From positions 110,050,001-110,114,000 of the forward strand of contig OX597823.1 in NCBI GenBank assembly GCA_951406725.2: a DNA stretch of 64,000 bases, written 5' to 3'. How positions within the stretch are numbered: the first letter of the stretch is position 1; each line of letters begins with the position of its first letter. The position numbers and the translations under genes were made by a program. Source of the stretch: Octopus vulgaris (Eukaryota). Positions 57,015 to 64,000 of the stretch are shown here, in pieces. The notes below the pieces were generated by a model, which worked only from the letters and a program-made list of their open reading frames with translations, had not been told where the DNA came from and made no database searches.

Positions 57015-57232
57015 GGCGAGCTGACAGAAACGTTACCAAGCCAGGTGAAAAGCCGTCTTTCGTCTGCCGCTATGTTCTGAGTTCAAATTCTGCCGAGGTC
57101 GACTTTGCCTTTCATCCTTTCGGGGTCGATAAATTAAGGACCAGTTACGCACTTAATAATCGTCTTAATCCGTCTGTCTGTCCTTGTTTGTCTCCTCTGT
57201 GTTTAGCCCCTTGTGGGTAGTAAAGAAATAGA
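57015..57232 (+). mobile_element. tRNA-derived SINE, family A
   Basis: Head, core and tail1. GAAATAAAAGCTAACAA occurs on both sides (about 56996 and 57231), a likely TSD. Confidence 0.88.
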
Positions 57233-57837
57233 AATAAAAGCTAACAAAACATTTATTCTTCGGTTAATACTGGTAGGTAGCGCAGTGGATAAAACAATTT
57301 TCGGATCTCTAAGCCTAGTAAAAGAGTGTTATTACTAGACAAGCGCTCTCAAACCGTTATTACTAGACAGTCGTCCTGAGCAGGATGGTTTCAATAAATG
57401 CGGCACGAAAACACCTAAAGAATAAGCTGTGTTGTTTAAACGAGTGACAAATTTATTATATAATCTAAAATCTACCAAGTTGTTCCATCTCTACTGTAGG
57501 CTTTCAAATACACTTTGATTGTCAGAATTCACTAAAAAGGTGTTATTGTATTTGCAATTTGTCTTTCTGAAAGGAATAACGCTTACGAAATCTTTAAATT
57601 TTCTGAAGACAAAACGCATATTTACGAACGGATGTGCATACATATTCATAAAGTCATATATTACTATCAAATATTACTACGAGTGGATGCTGAAACGTTC
57701 CTGATTCTAAGGCTATCGCTAAAGGCCTGGTTGGAGGCCCAAGCTTCCGAATTCTTTTACAAGGCTTTGAAAAATCTGATGAGTACGATTATCATTTGAC
57801 CTAAGGTCATAGACTATAATCAAGAGTAAGCATATAT

Positions 57838-58251
57838 ACTCTTTTACTCTTTTACTTGTTTCAGTCATTTGACTGCGGCCATGCTGGAGCACCGCCTTTA
57901 GTTGAGCAAATCGACCCCAAGGACTTATTCTTTGTAAGCCCAGTACTTATTCTACCGGTCTCTTTTGCCGAACCGGTAAGTGACGGGGACGTGAACACAC
58001 CAGCATCAGTTGTCAAGCAATGCTAGGGGGACAAACACAGACACACAAACACACACACACATACATATATATATCTATACATATATACGACAGGCTTCTT
58101 TCAGTTTCCGTCTACCAAATCCACTCACAAGGCATTGGTCGGCCCGGGGCTATAGCAGAAGACACTTGCCCAAGATGCTACGCAGTGGGACTGAACCCAG
58201 AACCATGTGGTTGGTAAGCAAGCTACTTACCACACAGCCACTCCTGCGCCT
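57838..58251 (-). mobile_element. tRNA-derived SINE, family B, full length
   Basis: Reverse complement closely matches 28585-28994 end to end. Confidence 0.9.
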
Positions 58252-59015
58252 ATGTTTATGATTTCGCATATTTATAGATTCGTATTCATGCAGTAAACAA
58301 ATATACACAACTATTGATGCTTTTCCCTGCGAATAGTTTGAAGCGTTGATGAAAGTGATTTGAAGGGTTAGTGGAGATGGCCAAACGAGCATTTTATATT
58401 TCTGCAAATACTGGTAATTATACACGTGGGGGTGTTGAAATGTTCTTGGCTTTGTGTAAAAGAAAAAGTACAGGAAGATCTGTTAATTATGATTTTATTC
58501 AACATATTTCTATCTCAGATTCACACATTGCAGTGGTTCTATTCCTAACAGATCGGATGAAGATACAAACGATTCCTCAGATAATTCTCCCACTATTCCT
58601 GCAATTACTATTGCGCCAACAACGCGTTATTTTTAGAGTTGCTGTTTTTTTGGCTCAATTGATCAATGCTCAAAGACATTCTAGCTATGATCTACAAATC
58701 CATTCATTTTTCTTTGAGACTCCAGAAAAATTTGACTGCTATTTCTAGTATATCGGCAGAATACCTAGGGTCACCATAGTCGGATCATTCTCTTGTTACG
58801 TAATAAAACCTTGTCCATTGTTAATTGTTTTCTTTTCCGTTTCTTTTCTTTTTTAATGTGATTTTATTTATTTATTTATCTATTTGTCTGGTAATGTTTT
58901 GACGGCTTCATTTTTTCTATTTGTGTTCAGCCATTATTTCCATTACCATTGCTACAGCAGCTTCTGTTGCTGTTGCTGTTGCTGCTGTTGTATCTTACAT
59001 CGTTAGAAAAATTTA

Positions 59016-59380
<365 letters not shown>

Positions 59381-59722
59381 TTTACTAATGTATTATTGTA
59401 ATAATATTGTTGATGATATTGTTGTTTGACACGGTCTTATGATTATAATTGTTGTTTCTTGCATCAGCGATATAAATGGGCCAAGAAATGAAATCAATTA
59501 AAAAAAACACTAAAAACTAAATACATTCGAAAACAAAAAAAAGAGAAACATGGAGGCAAAAAACCTTAACATTTATTGCTTTTATTTTGTATTTATGGTT
59601 TAGCGTGTTTTCATTAAAATCTTCGCTTTTGTTTGTTGTGTTAATATATATATATATATATATATACATATATACATATATATATACATATATATATATG
59701 TATATATATATGTTATATGTAA

Positions 59723-59805
<83 letters not shown>

Positions 59806-59898
59806 TATATATATATACATGTATGTATGAATGTAAGTACGTGTGCATGTGTGTTTATGTATACATATATATGTCTGTATAAATATATATGTATATAT

Positions 59899-59943
<45 letters not shown>

Positions 59944-62184
59944 ATATATGAATGTATGTATGTATGTATGTATGTATGTATGTATGTATGTATTCGTTTA
60001 CCCACCCAAGGTTAATAACGAAAATTACCACTGTTCCAATAAAATAGTAAATTCGCTTTTGATCTACTCAATAACATTAACGAAAAACAACAGCAGCGAA
60101 TTACAAAATGAAAAAAAATTAATAAATAAATGAGTAAATGTAATTGGGTGTGAGGTGTTCGTATTATGCTCCATTTGGTTAGGGTAATAACTGCGGTATA
60201 GGGTGGAGTCTTTGCGGATGATGGGTGGTGTATTGGTTTGGGTGGATGGTGTTTGAAATAGCAAAGACAGAAGGATTAATTGAGGATGTTCTGGTGGCAC
60301 TGGAGGTGGTGGTGTCGTTATACTTGGTCATGGTGTTCCTAATGATGGTGGTGACGGTGGTGCTGGCGTGTTGATGTGGTGAGAAAGGCGGTGTTATTGC
60401 ATGTGGTAATCAACGTAGTATTGAGTTGATGGTGTTGACGGGGTGCATGTAGTGTTGTTGTTGTTGTTGTTGATGGTGGTGATGGTGGTGAATATGGTTA
60501 TTATGGTGTCGATGGCACCAAATGAAGTAAGAATAATAATGACGATGATGACAATGACGACACCGATCACATTGACGATGATGATTACGGTAGAGGTTAT
60601 GGTTGTGATTGAGGCGATGGTGGTGTTGACTGGTGTAGTAGTAATGATGTTAGAAGTGATAACGTTGGCTGATGTTTTAGTTGCTCATGGTCAGCTCCTG
60701 GTCAAGCTGACCGTATATCAGCCACCAATAGCACCACCATTACAATTACTATTACCACCACCACCACCACCACCACCACCACCGCTACTACTACCACTAC
60801 CACTATTGTCACCTCCGATTGACCACCGCCACCAGCACCAGAACCAGCCCTCCAGGAATTTGGACTTGGAGATCTCCATTTCCAGCGATTCGAGGACCAC
60901 CTCCCAGTGGTGTCGGGCGTCAACGGAGAGCCCTCGACTACAACAAGACGACCAAAGTTTTTTTTTTGTTTTTCCAAGGTCTGGGGTCTCCCGCATCTAA
61001 GCCCTAAACCATCACCTAATCACCCTTACCCGTCTTGTTGCTTAACAACAACAACAACAACAACAACAGCACCGCCATCACCACCACTACCATCGCCAAC
61101 AGCATCACCGCCGCCATTACGACCAACAACAACAATAACTCTACCACTAGCATTACACCTACAACCACCACTCCTCAGCAAATAACATTAGAACCACTAC
61201 TATGCTACAACCAACACTACCTCTGTGACTACCACTAAGTTAACTGAAGCTACAACCGCCACTACCACCACTACAACTGGAACTACTATAACATCAGCCA
61301 CTCCCATCACTATTATCCCCATGCAATTTACAACTATGACTTGCACTACCACCGATACTATGTCTCTGGCAACTCATGCTATTAACCTTACCACAGCTAT
61401 GAATATTACGTTGACCACCAGAGCTACCACCCTCACCACCATCACCACCATCCCCCCACCACCACCACCATCCCCCTCAACCCTACCCCCTACCACCACC
61501 AACAACAACATTCCTACGCAACCGCTGAGCCTGGATGCGCATTCATCCATCCGTCGATGCTCTCTGTGTCGGGGGTTGACCTGCTTTCTCTTCTGCGGGT
61601 CTTACGAATAGCAAAAGGACCACGTTTCGGACTTCCCCCATCTTGCGAGCTCTGCGACGAAGACCGTTCGCTCAACATCAACATCAACATCAACATCACC
61701 ACCAACAACAACAACAACACTACCAATGCAAATACGCTTCTCCAATACTGCTAACCAACCCGTCATGCTCGTATATCGGATACTGTATTGTCCAGTGGAT
61801 CCTTCTTAATTTGAGTAAGATCGGCGCTGTTTGAGAGTGGTTTGCTACTTCTAGCAACTCGAGTAGCTCGATGGAGCGGCTCCTTACGTTTTTGCTTTTA
61901 ATTGGTAGAATTTTCGATGGTATGCGTAGTGTTAAATTTCGGAGTGGAATGTGCATATTCACGATGAAATATGCGCTGTGGTGGTTGTAGTGGAAGTTGT
62001 AGAATTGGTGTTGTAGTTGTGTTGACAGTGGTAGTTTTAGCGATGGTGGTTGAACTGGTGCTGGTGTTAGTGACGATTGTAAGGGGCCATGCCAGCAGCA
62101 GTGAGAACAATGGTAATGCTTGTGGTAGTTGCAATAATGATGGCAATGTCAGCGTTTGCGGTGTTGCTATTTGTAGTGGTGCGA

Positions 62185-62200
62185 GTAGTAGTAATAGTAA

Positions 62201-62282
<82 letters not shown>

Positions 62283-62298
62283 GGTGGTGGTGGTGGTG

Positions 62299-62342
<44 letters not shown>

Positions 62343-62355
62343 GGTGGTGGTGGTG

Positions 62356-62398
<43 letters not shown>

Positions 62399-62466
62399 GA
62401 GTGGTTGTGGTGGTGATGGTGGTGGTGGTAGTAGTAGTAGTAGTGGTGGTGATGGTGGTGATGGTG

Positions 62467-62536
<70 letters not shown>

Positions 62537-62701
62537 CAGCAGCAGTAGCAGTAGTTGTAGTTAATGTTGCTTTTTTTATGTGTTCACAAACTATATCTTG
62601 ATCTGCTTCATTCGACTTACCCTTAGGGCCTTTATCTATCTATTTACCTATCTATCTATCTCTCTATCCATCCATCCATCCATCCATCCATCCATCCATC
62701 C

Positions 62702-62757
<56 letters not shown>

Positions 62758-62770
62758 GTCTGTCTGTCTG
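62185..62770. repeat. (GTA/GGT)n array followed by (ATCC)/(ATCT)n tetranucleotide array
   Basis: Read directly; source of the poly-S/G/V ORFs. Confidence 0.95.
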
Positions 62771-63173
62771 TATCCCTGTCTCTCTATCTACCTGCCTCTG
62801 TGTCTGTCTGTCTTTCTATTTATCTATCTGTCTACATGTGACTATCGACACCTCTTACCCTGTTTTTACCTTTTCCCGCCGACCGCCGAAACGACTGGTC
62901 GTAATTTCTCTCATTTCCCACTTTTAATACGTTTCTCTGTGTCTCTGTGGTCCTTCTGTTTCTAATCTTTTACGATTTTCCTCCTGGATTTAAGTATATT
63001 TTCCTCTCCTGTCTATATATCTGTTTCAGTTTGTTCGTATGCCCTCATTTCGTCTTGCTTTTTCCTCTCTGTCCACTAATGGTCTTCTTTTGAATCACAT
63101 TTATTTCATGTTTGTATGTTCGCTTTCATATTGCATATTTGTTTAATTCTTGTTTGTTTGTTGCTTTTCAAAG

Positions 63174-63477
63174 GATTGGTCCCTTGTTCGTTGGTTCGCC
63201 ATTTCCCGGCGGCTCATTGCTACCAGTACCACCAGCAATGCGGAACAATATCATCATTTAAAGGCGCGAAATCGCGCTGATCCTTTGGTCGATTACTGAT
63301 GAGGATTTAGCGACCGTCTCTGTCGTTACATCCTCATCAGTTTCTACAATTTTTGTTTGATTGCACATTGTTTATTGTACATTTTTTGTCCGATTGTTTG
63401 TTCATTTATTACGTTTTTAACTTATTTTATGTGTGTGTGCGTGTGTGTGTATTAAAGAACTAAAGGTCTCTTTCAAG
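63174..63477 (+). other. Candidate exon, probably non-coding or UTR
   Basis: Long pyrimidine-rich tract ending TTGCTTTTCAAAG|G and donor CAAG|GTAGGT at 63478. All three frames stop within the first 130 nt. Confidence 0.3.
63295..63341 (+). ncRNA. Pre-miRNA-like hairpin
   Basis: ACTGATGAGGAT pairs perfectly with ATCCTCATCAGT (12 bp), then one mismatch, 7 more pairs (one G-U) and a 7 nt loop. No second copy seen in the window. Confidence 0.35.
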
Positions 63478-63822
63478 GTAGGTCCAGATGCTATTACGTG
63501 CAAGTCAGCAGACCTGCTTCAAGTCCGATGCGTCAGTTCGATTGTACCTGTTTTCAAGGAGTGTCTAACCACGTACATTTAAGCAATTGCATGCGTTCAT
63601 GCACTCAATATGTATTTTGAATGGATAGTGCATCGTAAATTGTATGAATACGATGACCTCGGTCTATAAAACACTTGAGATAGATTGTCATCTATTTCAA
63701 TTTATATATGCTCAGTAAAAAACTGAACCTCACAACACTTACACGTATCGACTACTATATATTGCCCCAGAACTTTTTCTAACCACATTTATATATGCAT
63801 GTGTGTGTGCTCGTGTGTATGC

Positions 63823-63869
<47 letters not shown>

Positions 63870-63901
63870 TATTTATATGTATATACGTGAGCATATATAT
63901 G

Positions 63902-63943
<42 letters not shown>

Positions 63944-64000
63944 CCTGCTCGCTTAGCCAGCGGCGTGGCATCATTCGAAGGCTAAAAGTATGCGAACGCA

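Noticed and set aside
63174-63192. TTGGTCCC resembling the 5' end of miR-133
   Set aside because: Similarity ends after about 8 nt and there is no hairpin partner for this segment.
63295-63341. Hairpin read as a hammerhead because it starts with CTGATGA on both strands
   Set aside because: No GAAA box follows the stem, and CTGATGA is itself sequestered by pairing with TCATCAG.

Overview
AT-rich, repeat-dense eukaryotic DNA. The SINE families and microsatellite load suggest an octopus or other coleoid cephalopod (inference, from recall of these repeat families). No complete protein-coding gene is recognisable; nearly all ORFs in the track are translations of (TA)n, (AAT)n, (GAT)n or (CA)n microsatellites. 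Supported content: about 20 tRNA-derived SINE copies of several modular families (two with clean 11-12 bp target-site duplications); decayed LINE fragments (R4/Dong restriction-like endonuclease end in an AAT array, CR1/L2-like 3' end, RTE-like 3' end with C2H2 zinc fingers, L1/Tx1-like ORF1 zinc knuckle); a 399 bp non-autonomous Helitron; MITE-like inverted repeats; and a few candidate isolated exons. The most interesting signal is a set of minimal type I hammerhead-ribozyme motifs in short Penelope-like non-autonomous elements. One family joins a tRNA-like Pol III head to an AAT tract and a hammerhead-bearing tail (11340-11785, second copy 23545-23802), and another forms a head-to-head fold-back (50821-51060). 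A pre-miRNA-like hairpin lies in unique sequence at 63295-63341, within a candidate non-coding exon. All calls were read by eye; no searches or folding were run.
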